From contig CAVWIL010000001.1 in assembly GCA_963755045.1 (NCBI GenBank), forward strand, positions 55,484-119,483: a stretch of DNA of 64,000 nucleotides, in the 5' to 3' direction. Positions 1-11,296 of the stretch are shown piece by piece (positions within the stretch are counted from its first letter, which is position 1; each line of letters opens with the position of its first letter). Origin of the DNA: Nitrospirota bacterium. Lineage in GTDB: Bacteria; Nitrospirota; UBA9217. Below the pieces are notes generated by a model. That model saw only the letters and a list, made by a program, of their open reading frames with translations, did not search any database and was not told where the DNA came from. A program made the translations under genes and the position numbers.

Positions 1-2057
1 ATACTGCCGTCAGATAGAACCGACACGTATCGGCCGATGGTCGGCCCGCGGTCCACTCGCTTTACCCATGCAGGAGAACCTGCAGCGGAATAGCGACGCG
101 AGCAGAATGTCCGTGTAGGGCGTGGTCATCACTGTCCCTCCGAGGTTCGCCGTAGTATAGACGGGTTCCCGCAACTGTTGCCGCGCGCAGCGGGGCCGGA
201 CGCCACTAGCACTCGGCACAAAGTCTCCACTGATCCCTGCCGCCCAACCCAGAGTTCCGTCGGCCGCATTGTACTGGGCAAGGAATGCGGTAGAACCGGT
301 AAGTATCGTCTGATGAAGCTCGCCTGCACCGAACGTTGTCGTGCCTCCAAGCGAACCGGTTACCACAAGACTGCTCGAGGCTGTCATGCAGATCCCGCTT
401 CCCACATCATCCACATCCGTGCTTTGCGCAGAACGCGCCCACTGTAGGTTACCAGTCGTCGATTCATAACTCGCAACGAACATGTCATACGACAATACTG
501 TAGTGAAACTGGATGTCAGTTGTGTTAGGATCGCCTCTCCCGGATTGAATGTTACTCTCCCCTGGAACCGCCCGGTGATCGCAGTTTTGTCTCCCGGCAG
601 AGCAGCAATGGACAGACCCTCTTCCACAAGAGCATCCACCGGCCCGGCGTGCCCATAATACTGCGCCATCCTTGTGTAACGTGCAACAAAGATATCAAAG
701 TCATTGGTGTGGCAGTTAATCAGGTCCGTGTTGAGCGTCACTGAGCCGGGATCGTCAGGATTGAAAGTGATATTCTTAAGAAAGAACCGGTCAGCACTAC
801 CGAGTCATCGGACAGCGCTGCAACTGAGCGCGCCTCGTTTCCCGAACCACGTAGCTATAACTGCCTACCACGGCGCGTTTTGCCCAGAACAAGGAGCCGT
901 TGCCTGCATATCGGGCAACGAACACATCCGAAAAGCTGGTACTGGCAAGCTGTTGTTTCATTTGTTTCACCTGGACCAAAGGTTGTGTTTCCCGCATACG
1001 AGCCGACGATGACTACCGATCCGTGCTGAAAGCACAGTCAGCCCTTTGGGCTCCCTGACCAAAGAATTCTGGGTCTGTCTTGCCCAAGCCAGCGAGCCAT
1101 CAGCATTGTAACGAGCCACGAACATTTCGTTTGGACCCCACGACTGGTGGAGCATGATGGTTGATTCAGCGTAGTCTGGTTGGCCTCGTCTGCCCCAAAT
1201 ATAACCGTGCATGAGAAGTTGCCCGTCACGTAGAAAGAGCCATCCGGGAGCGCTGCCATGGCCACGCCGAAACATTCCCGTTAACGCCGCGCTGCCAGGC
1301 GAAAGAGCTCATCCGATGCAAACCGCGTTATCGATGTCGAAAACGGCGGTGTTGCGGAAACCTCGGCGGATTCAATGCCTTCTGAGCCTATTCCAGGGTC
1401 TCGGTGATAACGTAATAGTATGTTGTTCCTCCAGTAAGGTTTTCGTGGAGATAGTTCTGACGCTAATTGGCCGAGAGCGATCTTGATTCCCGTTGTTCTT
1501 TGTAACACCGGGGCTTGTGCCCCAGTAAAGATTATAACTGATCGTAGTATCGGAGGCGAGGTTCCATGAAAGCGTTACCTTCCCGTCGCCCGGAACTGCA
1601 GTGAGACCTGTGGGCGGCGCAGGAGTAGGCCACGTCTCAGTAGTAAAAGTCCAGGTTAATTCGCTTGAAAGAGCATTCCCTGCCACATCTCTGACCCCTG
1701 TTGTGATCGTCGCAATATAGGTGGTGGAATAGGCGAGGCCCCCGAAAGGATGGAATATTGCCGTCTGCGATGTGGATTCAACGGTGCCGGATACGGGATA
1801 ACCGGAATTATACTTCAGCGTAAATGTCGATTGATGGACCGTTGAAGCATCCATCGGCTCACTGAATGTAACCGAGGGAGCGGAATTTATCGAGACACCC
1901 GCAGCACCATTCGCGGGAGAATTAAAGATTACAGTCGGCGGAGTGGTGTCTACCGTATTCCCGTTGCCGCCGCCTCCACCCCTCCACCACCGCTACAGGC
2001 TGCCAGTTGCAAAATGAATGCGAGATATAGAACGATAGATCGCGAAGTTATTTTCAT
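1..2057 (-). CDS. Large secreted lipoprotein with an SbsA-type Ig-like domain, an FN3 domain and SBBP-type beta-propeller repeats. The frame is broken at least 4 times and the 3' end may leave the window.
   Basis: The ATG at 2057 is preceded by GGAGGAG. The signal peptide ends in the lipobox LAAC followed by a Gly run. The Ig-like domain reads 'TPPTVIFNSPANGAAGV..TFSEPMDASTV' and the FN3 domain 'PTGLTAVPGDGKVTLSWN'. Units of the form 'FVARYxxxGxLxWA' recur in ORFs 967-1275, 797-997 and 10-741. Confidence 0.6.
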
Positions 2058-2379
2058 GATCTTCTCCTCCTCACCCGTTCCCAATAGAACGAATATGTTT
2101 ATTTCCAATAAATTTAGAGAAATTTTCATTTCAGAGACGAGGTCTCCTTTTCGCTAACTTCTCGGGGTGATAAGTAACTTACCGCTAGGACAATTTAATA
2201 TTAACAAAAATGGCACTTTGTGTCAAGATAGTGCCAACGGTAGAAGAAATCTATTAGTTTATGGATGCTTCTCAGAAAAATTTTGCTGCCCCCTTACGGG
2301 CATGTACCTGTAATAGCGGAAAATGCAGCGGCAGTGGCGGCGGTGGAGACAAACGCTAGTGCCGCTCCCACCAAACTCC

Positions 2380-3151
2380 CTACTTGATCGCTGCCCTCAG
2401 CGTCTCAAAGGTGCCGGGGAAGTAAGTGACATTGTGCCAGGGGATCTTGCTGAATGCGTCGGCGAGTGTGCGCGCTTGAGCAGAATCCCGTCCGAACAGC
2501 ACAATGCGTGTATTGAAATCGTCTCTTGGCAGGCGGGGCTTTCTGCAGCCCATCTGACGTGAGTTTGTCGGCCGGAACGTTATGCGCCCCCGGCAGACTA
2601 CCCTTCGCAAATTCCTCGGCGGATCGTGCATCGAAGAACACGGCCGTCTGGTCGACCTTGTAGATCCGGAGTATCCCTTCCAACTCGATCTCGGTCGGCC
2701 CGCCGAGCGCACGCCAAATCGGGATACCGAGCTGGTATCGCCGCACATTGGTGAACCCGGCGGCGACCAACTGCTCACCGAGTTGCCTGCTGGCTTGGCA
2801 GAACGGACCATTGCAGTAAAGTACCAGCGCCTTGTTCTTGTCCCCGCTCACCAAACGCTCAACTGCGGCGACAGACGCGGGCGGCGGAGCGTCAACGTTA
2901 CGTGCCTCCGGGATGTGGCCGGCCACGTATTCCGAGCGTTTCCGGGCATCCAGGACGATGGCGCTGCCGTCGGCCAGGATGCGCCGGACTTGCTCAGTAC
3001 TGACTTCCTGGGTTTTCTGGTTAGGCTCGGCCAGCGTTGCCTGGTATATGTTGCCGCCTTGCGCGCTCGCCATATCGATGACTGCCAGCGTCGCCATCAC
3101 CGCCAAACCGAGCGCCGCTATTCCCTTTCGTACGATCTTCGTAGCAATCAT
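2380..3151 (-). CDS. Secreted tandem-rhodanese (sulfurtransferase) domain protein with one frameshift near 2550.
   Basis: The ATG at 3151 follows AGGAGG and the protein has an N-terminal signal peptide. Two rhodanese units are present ('LDARKRSEYVAGHIPEARNV..LVLYCNGPFC', 'FFDARSAEEFAKGSLPGAHNV'). The C-terminus continues in the frame of ORF 2380-2811 ('RIVLFGRDSAQARTLADAF'). Confidence 0.75.
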
Positions 3152-3313
3152 TTGATGTCGCCTCCTTTCAGCGGGAAACGATTTTCCCTGCCTAACACAG
3201 AGTTCACCGGAAGCGTAGGCGATCCGGTGGAACACCGTGTTGGGCTGGCGAGTTTCGTCCTGCAGACCCTACCAGCCCCTCAAGATGGGCGGACAACACA
3301 AGCGGTGCTCATT

Positions 3314-3907
3314 CTACCAAGTTCCCATTGACCTTCCCAGTTTTCTGGCTTTTGCCAGCCAGCGTTCCCCGATGTGTGCGGGGTCCGGGGTCATCGGGAC
3401 GTTGATCTGTTCCCTGATGTCGAAGCCGGCCGCGTTCAGCACAGTCTTGACGGCGCGAAGTGCCCCGCGGCTTTGCGAGGGAAGTTGATTGAAGGGAAAC
3501 GGTGACAGGGAGGCGGTAACAATTGCCGCCTTCTTGCCCTTATGCTTCGGTTTTGGAAAGCGCCACGTATAGAGCTCATAGTACTCAAGGACAGGAACAT
3601 TCCGTTCAAACAGAATCTTCAACGGCCCGGGCATGTTGCCCCAATAGGTAGGGGTGCCCACCACCAAACCAGAGCATCTTTCTATCAGCTCTCCGATACG
3701 ATGCGCGTCGTCTCTCGGAAGAATACACTTTTTGTCGGGCCTGCATTTCAGGCACCCGATACATGGCCTTATTGAAAGATCATTGACGTCGACCCACTCC
3801 ACTTCGGCGCCGGCAGAGCGTGCTTCATCTGCAATTATCTTGAGGATCGTCGTTGTCACACCCTTCTTCCTGGGGCTGCCATTGAGTATGAGGATCATCC
3901 TCTTCAC
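3314..3907 (-). CDS. Iron-sulfur flavoprotein (Isf) / NADPH-dependent FMN reductase family protein.
   Basis: Intact 197 aa ORF with the flavodoxin-like start 'ILILNGSPRKKG' and the compact Cys motif CIGCLKCRPDKKC (CX2CX2CX5C) typical of Isf. Confidence 0.75.
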   Translation of the reverse strand: MKRMILILNGSPRKKGVTTTILKIIADEARSAGAEVEWVDVNDLSIRPCIGCLKCRPDKKCILPRDDAHRIGELIERCSGLVVGTPTYWGNMPGPLKILFERNVPVLEYYELYTWRFPKPKHKGKKAAIVTASLSPFPFNQLPSQSRGALRAVKTVLNAAGFDIREQINVPMTPDPAHIGERWLAKARKLGRSMGTW

Positions 3908-4144
3908 CTCCTTCGTCAGTCATTCTACTCGTCGTTGCCCAATGACTGAGCTGTTGGGCACAAGCCGCATAGCGGCGAAGCGTCCTAACGAGCGGTTTGT
4001 TAGTCCTATTTGCCACCTTTGGCCTCAAGGAGTTCAAATGAAGAAACGATTTCTTTAAAATCTTTTTGCTTTGAAAGATGATCGGGGTGCAATTCTGCTG
4101 GATCTAGTTAAGGGTTCTGGGTTATCAATCTCGATTATCCATTC

Positions 4145-4540
4145 CTACCTACCCTTCCCTTCTTCCTGTTTTCGTTTCACTGTCTCTATCTCATGCAACT
4201 CTTTATCGGTAAACCCGAAATAGTGTCCGATCTCGTGGATCACCGTATCCTGGACTATCTTTTCAATTTGTTCAGGAGATGCTGCAACACTCTCGATCGG
4301 GTGTTGGTAGATAACGATCCGATCCGGCAGCATATTGCCGTAATTCCATCCCCTCTCCGTGAGCGGGACTCCCTGGTAGAGGCCGAATAACGTCCCGGAC
4401 CGTATTCCCATATCGTTTAAAAGTTCCCGGGAAGGGAGGTCTTCTACTTCAACGGAAATATTGGCGAGTTTCTTTTTAAACTTTTTAGGAAGTTTTCGGA
4501 GGGAATTCTGAACGAGTATTTCGAATTCGGATCGGTCCAT
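4145..4540 (-). CDS. Zincin-like metallopeptidase family protein (DUF1025-like).
   Basis: Intact 131 aa ORF with the C-terminal 'HEIGHYFGFTDKEL' HExxH motif and the size typical of this family. Confidence 0.65.
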   Translation of the reverse strand: MDRSEFEILVQNSLRKLPKKFKKKLANISVEVEDLPSRELLNDMGIRSGTLFGLYQGVPLTERGWNYGNMLPDRIVIYQHPIESVAASPEQIEKIVQDTVIHEIGHYFGFTDKELHEIETVKRKQEEGKGR

Positions 4541-4565
4541 GATTATCGATGCAGAAAAGGCGTCT

Positions 4566-4662
4566 CTCGCAGAGCACGCGGAGAGCGCAGAGTTAAATCA
4601 AAACCCTTAAGCCTTTGTTATTAATATTAAGCCTTTCTCTGCGAACTCTGCGCCTCTGCGAG
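4566..4662. repeat. Intergenic inverted tandem-repeat hairpin with unit ~CTCTGCG.
   Basis: The left arm is ctcgcagagcacgcggagagcgcagag (4566-4592) and the right arm is tctctgcgaactctgcgcctctgcgag (4636-4662). They are separated by an AT-rich spacer. Confidence 0.75.
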
Positions 4663-4679
4663 AAAACTTTTTTTGAGTG

Positions 4680-5976
<1,297 letters not shown>

Positions 5977-6009
5977 CTAAAAGATATCATAAAATATAAA
6001 TATTAATCC

Positions 6010-6084
6010 GTCATTCCGGGCTTGACCCGGAATCCAAATAATTTTGAAAAACCTGGATTCCCGATAAAGGTATTCGGGAATGAC
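6010..6084. repeat. Pair of REP-like palindromic units (GGATTCCCGA..TCGGGAATGAC family).
   Basis: gtcattccgggcttgacccggaatcc (6010-6035) lies in inverted orientation to ctggattcccgataaaggtattcgggaatgac (6053-6084). The second unit is 28/32 identical to the copy at 25998-26029. Confidence 0.8.
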
Positions 6085-6113
6085 GAAAAAGTGTCGCTGG
6101 CGTTAATACCTCT

Positions 6114-7544
6114 TCACTGCCCTGATATGAACTTTTTCCCGGCTTCTATCAATTCTTTTATCTGTTCCTCTGAAGAGGACTCGACATACACCCGCACCAC
6201 CGGCTCCGTGCCTGACGCGCGCATCAAAACCCAGCTGTCATCCTCAAGCATGTACTTGGTCCCGTCCGCGGTGGTCTTCTTGCCTTTGACCCTGAGTCCG
6301 CCGAACTCGTTCAGGGGCTGACTGAGTCGCGCATACACTGCCGCGTGATTCGCTTCCGTAAGGCGTATATTGACCCGGTCGTTTAAAATGACGCCTACTT
6401 CTTTATAGAGCCTCTTCAGCATGTCTTTGAGCGTTTTTCGTTCGCTTGAAACCATTTCCGCGACCAGAAGGCAGGCAAGGATGCCATCCTTCTCCGGAAC
6501 GTGGTCCTTGATCGTCATCCCCGCGCTTTCCTCGCCGCCGAAGATGATCTTACCCTGCACCAGCAGGTCTCCGATGAACTTGAATCCTACTCCGGTTTCG
6601 TACACCTCAATGCCGTGTTTCTTGGCTACCGCGTCGATGAGATGGGTGGTGGCAATGGAGCGCGCAGCGCCGCCTTTCCAGCCCCGTGTGCGGCAAAGGT
6701 AATCCAGGACCAGGGCGAGGACCTGATTCGGATTAATGTATGTCCCGTCCGGGTCAATGATCCCGAAACGGTCAGCGTCGCCGTCGACTGCAAGGCCGAG
6801 GTCAAAGCGCCCCTTTTTCATCACCTCTGAAAGTTCCGCGAGGTTTTCCTCGGACGGTTCGGGAGAACGGCCGCCAAACAGGGGGTCGCGATGTCCATGC
6901 ACGATCGTAATCGCACAACCGGCGTCCCTGAGAGCGCTGTCCAGATAGTCCCTGCCCGTTCCATAAAGCAGGTCGATGGCGATCTTTAATTTTGCTTTCT
7001 TAATTGGTTCAAAATCGATCTTTTTTCTCAGGTCATCAAGATAGGCCTTGCGGAGATCAACGTCGTCCACCATCCCCTTTTGTTTTGCCTCAGCCAGCGA
7101 CAGGAGCGGGATGGAATTTTTATCAATAAGAGCGTTGGCACGCACTTCGATATCTTTCGTGGTTTCAGGCAGTGCCGGGCCGCCCCAGGCAGCGGAGAAT
7201 TTCAGGCCGTTGTATTCCGGAGGATTGTGACTTGCGGTGAAGTTGATGCCGCCCGCGGCCTTTCTGCGAATGATTTCGAAGGCGACGGCAGGAGTGGGAA
7301 CATCCCTGTTCGAGAGAAATGAGCGTATCCCGTTCGCCGCAAAAACCCTGACGGACTCTGCGGCAAACCGCTCGGACAAAAAGCGCGTATCATATCCAAT
7401 GACAACACCCTTGTCTTTCAACCCTTGTGCAACAAGGTGATCGGCGATCGCCTGGGTCACCGCCCGTACTCTGCTGAACGTAAAATCAGCCGCGATCACG
7501 CCGCGCCAACCCGAGGTACCGAACTTTATTTTTTCAATCGCCAT
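6114..7544 (-). CDS. Phosphoglucomutase/phosphomannomutase family protein.
   Basis: Intact ORF with 'GTSGWRG' and the active-site loop 'TASHNPPEYNGLK'. I prefer the ATG at 7544 over the TTG at 7553. Confidence 0.85.
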   Translation of the reverse strand: MAIEKIKFGTSGWRGVIAADFTFSRVRAVTQAIADHLVAQGLKDKGVVIGYDTRFLSERFAAESVRVFAANGIRSFLSNRDVPTPAVAFEIIRRKAAGGINFTASHNPPEYNGLKFSAAWGGPALPETTKDIEVRANALIDKNSIPLLSLAEAKQKGMVDDVDLRKAYLDDLRKKIDFEPIKKAKLKIAIDLLYGTGRDYLDSALRDAGCAITIVHGHRDPLFGGRSPEPSEENLAELSEVMKKGRFDLGLAVDGDADRFGIIDPDGTYINPNQVLALVLDYLCRTRGWKGGAARSIATTHLIDAVAKKHGIEVYETGVGFKFIGDLLVQGKIIFGGEESAGMTIKDHVPEKDGILACLLVAEMVSSERKTLKDMLKRLYKEVGVILNDRVNIRLTEANHAAVYARLSQPLNEFGGLRVKGKKTTADGTKYMLEDDSWVLMRASGTEPVVRVYVESSSEEQIKELIEAGKKFISGQ

Positions 7545-7632
7545 ATGAAACAAAAAATATCATAAATGATTCACCTTTGCAACTTAAAACAATAAAATCC
7601 GGATACCCACTACAATCAGATTAACAATGTTT

Positions 7633-7957
7633 GTCATCCCCGAATGATTTCATCGGGGAATATTATCTCCCTCCCCCACACCCTAGGTCCTCTCCACTCG
7701 TTGGGTAGAGGGATTGCAGACCTCCCTCGCCCCTTGAGGGCGAGGGTTGAGTGATGGGTCGAGTCCTGATATCAGGTGGAGGGCGATCGCATGCTAAGTG
7801 TGGATGCCCTTTTATGATTTTGTGACTATTCAGTACGGCTGAATCCAAAAGGGTGTTACACCGGACACAATCCATATTTTGACCTGAGTAATTACGTGAT
7901 TTTTTCCAATAGGACTAAGACTGGATTACCGATAGAGACCTTCGGAATGATCATTAC
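7633..7957. repeat. Cluster of intergenic palindromes: two REP-like units and a GC hairpin.
   Basis: gtcatccccgaatgatttcatcggggaat lies at 7633-7661. ccctcgccccttgagggcgaggg at 7724-7746 is a perfect 9-bp stem. ctggattaccgatagagaccttcggaatgatcattac lies at 7921-7957. Confidence 0.7.
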
Positions 7958-7986
7958 AGAAATAAGCGAATGGAATTCAGTCAATA

Positions 7987-8466
7987 TCAGATCCTGATGA
8001 TCTCAGCTTTCAGCTCATCTCCCACCTCAAGGAGGGCAACGGAATTATAAGGCGCATGTCGTTTGTCGGTCGGACTTCCCGGGTTCAGAAAATAGACGCC
8101 GTTCACCTTTCCCCAGAAGGGCGTGTGCGAATGCCCGTAGACGATCAGATCGACATCATCAAACTCTTTCCGGATCATTTCGCGCTGGACATCGATTTTA
8201 TATTTACCGTGAATAAGCCCTGCACGGTATTGAGCGAGGGGAATGATCTTTTTATAAGGAAGGTTCACATGGACCTCTAAGCCGTCCATGTTGCCGGCGA
8301 CTGCCTCGACGGGCGCAATGGTCCTGAGTTCATCGAGCACTGACATCTCGAGAATATCGCCTGCATGGAGGATGAGGTCGACACCTTGAAAGATGTCGAA
8401 GATAACAGCCGGCAGGGACCGTGCGATGGCTGGGACGTGGGTATCGGAAATAACGCCTACTCTCAT
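7987..8466 (-). CDS. YfcE/MJ0936-type metallophosphoesterase.
   Basis: Intact 159 aa ORF with 'ISDTHVP', 'HAGD' and 'GHSHTPF'. Its start overlaps the hisS stop (ATGA). Confidence 0.8.
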   Translation of the reverse strand: MRVGVISDTHVPAIARSLPAVIFDIFQGVDLILHAGDILEMSVLDELRTIAPVEAVAGNMDGLEVHVNLPYKKIIPLAQYRAGLIHGKYKIDVQREMIRKEFDDVDLIVYGHSHTPFWGKVNGVYFLNPGSPTDKRHAPYNSVALLEVGDELKAEIIRI

Positions 8467-9720
8467 GATGGGCGCATTGTTCTTTTCTTCAGTTCCTCTT
8501 CGATATTCTTCAGTGCGATCTCGGCCTGCTCCTTGGTCTGCATATTACGAAGGACGGCTATCCCGCTCTTCATTTCCTGTTCGCCGATGATCAGCGTATG
8601 ACCGGCGCCGGACTTGTCGGCTTTCTTCATCTGGCTCTTGAGACTCGCTCCCGTGTAATCCGTTTCAACGGGAATCCCCGACGATTTGAGGTGATGAACA
8701 AGCGGAAGCGCCAGCGCCACTGCGTCCGGTCCCAGCGCGGCAATGAAGAGCGCGGGCCGTGGAAATACCACGTTCCTGGTATCCATGAGCGATATCGCCC
8801 GTTCGACGCCGAGCGCAAAACCGATCCCCGGTGTTGCCGGGCCGCCGATCTCCTTGACCAGACCGTCGTACCTGCCTCCCGCGGCCACGGTGTTCTGCGC
8901 ACCCATATGCCCCATCACGAGTTCGAATGTCGTGCGGGTATAATAGTCGAGTCCGCGCACCAGACGCTTGTTGACCTCAAAAGGGATGCCGAGCGTTCGA
9001 AGACCTTGTTCCACGGTCTCGAAATGCGCCTTGCAGGGATCGCAGAGATAGTCGAGCATCACCGGCGAGTCCGTGAACTTGTCCGCATCCACCTTGCAAT
9101 CCAGAACGCGAAGCGGATTTGTCTCGTACCGTCGCTGGCAGTCCGCGCACAGAGTCGGGAGCTTTGCCGATAAATACTGTTTGAGCGCGTCCCGGTACGC
9201 GCCCCTGCACTCGTTGTCGCCGAGAGAATTGATCTGAAGGCTCAAGCCTGCAATGCCGAGTCTGGTGAAAAGTGTGTGCAGCATCGCCAGAACCTCGATA
9301 TCGACATGGGGATGGTCGAGTCCCGAGCGCCTCAACCCCGATCTGGTAGAACTGGCGATACCGGCCCTTCTGCGGGCGCTCATGACGGAACATGGGGCCG
9401 AGGTAATACAGCTTCGTAAGCTGGGCATCTGCATACAGTTTGTGTTCGATGAACGCGCGCACCACGCCGGCGGTCCCTTCCGGCCTGAGGGTGATCTTTC
9501 TGCCGTCGCGATCCTCAAAGGTGTACATCTCCTTTTCAACAATGTCCGTTGACGCGCCGATGCTCCGGGCGAACAATTCCGTATATTCGAACACCGGGAC
9601 CCGGATCTCGGCGAACCCATAGTTCTCAAACAGCTTGCGCGCTGTTGACTCGAGGTATTGCCACACCGGCATGTCCTGCGGCAGTATATCCTTCACGCCT
9701 TTGATTGCCTGGATCGACAT
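8463..9720 (-). CDS. hisS: Histidine--tRNA ligase with one frameshift near 9320.
   Basis: The N-terminal part is ORF 8977-9720 ('[42 protein letters not shown]'). The C-terminal part is in the frame of ORF 8463-9629 ('GGRYDGLV', anticodon-binding domain). Confidence 0.9.
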
Positions 9721-9776
9721 TCAGACTCCTTGTAGTGTTGATTTCAGATCAATAACCAATTGTGTAAGGAACACAT

Positions 9777-10250
9777 TCATCCACGGTTATTTAACCGTCT
9801 TGAGTGATACATGACATAGGCCAGATATGCGACAATACCAACGTTGACACTTAATAACGTTGCTCTTGGCCATGTTGTTTTGCGCAGCATTTCGAAGAGC
9901 TCGACCGGGATATACATCCCACCCGTCAGGACAGCAAACCATTCGGCCCACTGTTTCTGCAGCCAGAGGCCATACGCCTCGACAAAGCGGACCACCGAGT
10001 AGAGCAGCGCGGATAAAGCCATCACCCACAGCTGCCCGTCAGATACATGGTCGGCGAGATCGATAAAAATCCGCGGGTAGTGACTGGCCGGATTTAAATG
10101 CATATGCCGGACAAGCTGCTCGGCTGCGAGATGAACGTCCTGGTGAATGAACGCCAGCAGTCCGCATCCGGTAAGCAAAACAAGAATCCCTTTTGCTGCT
10201 TCAAAAACGGATACAACACGAAGACCGCCTTTTGAATGATCTCGAAACAT
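9777..10250 (-). CDS. DUF2127-family membrane protein.
   Basis: Intact 157 aa ORF with four predicted TM segments and 'VVRFVEAYGLW..WAEWFAV'. Confidence 0.6.
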   Translation of the reverse strand: MFRDHSKGGLRVVSVFEAAKGILVLLTGCGLLAFIHQDVHLAAEQLVRHMHLNPASHYPRIFIDLADHVSDGQLWVMALSALLYSVVRFVEAYGLWLQKQWAEWFAVLTGGMYIPVELFEMLRKTTWPRATLLSVNVGIVAYLAYVMYHSRRLNNRG

Positions 10251-10703
10251 GGCTGATTATGGCTTCAGTATAGAGCACGCGAAAAGCGTTTGTCAACGAC
10301 ATTGTTCGCGCACAATACGGTCAAGACACTGATAGTCGTGCCTTCGACGATCTCGCTCTCGATGTCAGTTGTATACTTATCGGTTAGGTACACGGCATTT
10401 TCAAGATATCTCACTTAGAATCATTGATTTCTTCTTGGATGTACGCCATGATAATAGCTTGAGCGCTTCAAAAATAAATAAGGCTCTTCTGACTTTAATG
10501 CGGGTCATGTAATTGCAAGAATCGCTATGTATTCTTCATTAACAATCTATATTGAAGGTTATCAGAGTTGGCATTCGTCCCACGTTTGCATTGTTTTTTT
10601 GGGCAGCTCATCACTCGGCCACGCAGCATGCCGGGAAGATGTGCAGTACCTCCACCCTGATATGCAGGACTCGCATCACTCCACCCTCGCCCTTTAAAAA
10701 AGG

Positions 10704-10977
10704 GCTCGGCCGTGTCTGCCTTGTCTTGTTCTCGTAACTATGATCTGTGCACCATTGCTACGCGTGTCTCTCGCGTCAGAGCTACCCGGCGCAGGGGAAC
10801 GGCAGAACTTAAAAGGCCTACCCCACTAAGTGGCGAATTAACCTCTACGGGGTTTGGGGAGAGACTCATATCTTTGCCTTTCCAGAAGCCCCTGCATCCC
10901 ATGAACAGGTTCGCGCACAAGCATGGTAAGGTAGAAAAGACCGATGCTGCCACAAAGCCAGGCAGACACGGCCGAGC
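10704..10977. repeat. An 18-bp perfect inverted repeat enclosing 238 bp. This is a candidate MITE or long-range RNA stem.
   Basis: gctcggccgtgtctgcct at 10704-10721 is the exact reverse complement of 10960-10977. It lies in an ORF-poor tract. Confidence 0.6.
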
Positions 10978-11254
10978 TCGGTTCTCCGGGCGAGGGGAAG
11001 TGCTGCGATGCTCGAAAAGGCCTGTTATCAGTACCGGCAGTCATGCCCTGCGCGGAGCTGTGAACTGGGGTGCAGAAAAAAAATAGGATCGTGACACGTG
11101 CTGAGTTAGGAACAGAGAAAAACGACCCACACAAAACCCGGAAGACCCATAAATAAAAACTATGGATTAATTTTTTCACGGGAATGACTGCTGAAGATAA
11201 AAGAAAGGACGTGTCCAATGAACAAAGACCTTCCGAACCAGATGCACGGTTTTA

Positions 11255-11296
11255 GAGGAACAGCTTCTTCGTTTGCGTAATGGCTTCCTTGAAATT
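11255..11296. repeat. Degenerate copy of the RBS and first 8 codons of the gene at 14394. It is a direct repeat of 14371-14412.
   Basis: 37 of 42 nt are identical to 14371-14412. The ATG is ACG here and codon 9 is a stop. Confidence 0.8.

Noticed and set aside
2209-2237. The palindrome TGGCACT...AGTGCCA upstream of the SBBP lipoprotein gene, considered as a sigma54 promoter.
   Set aside because: On the gene's strand it reads TGGCAC-TATC-TTGAC. The -12 element is AC rather than GC at the canonical GG-N10-GC spacing, so it is only a near miss.
7663-7875. The 70-aa ORF containing 'PSPSRGEGG'.
   Set aside because: It is a read-through of intergenic palindromic repeats (GC hairpin 7724-7746). 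There is no RBS, and it looks like a well-known class of spurious repeat-derived peptides.
10838-11218. The 126-aa ORF in the DUF2127-TauE gap, considered as a real gene.
   Set aside because: It has no RBS and no recognisable motif, and it overlaps the inverted repeat and low-complexity sequence. It is more likely decayed or non-coding DNA.
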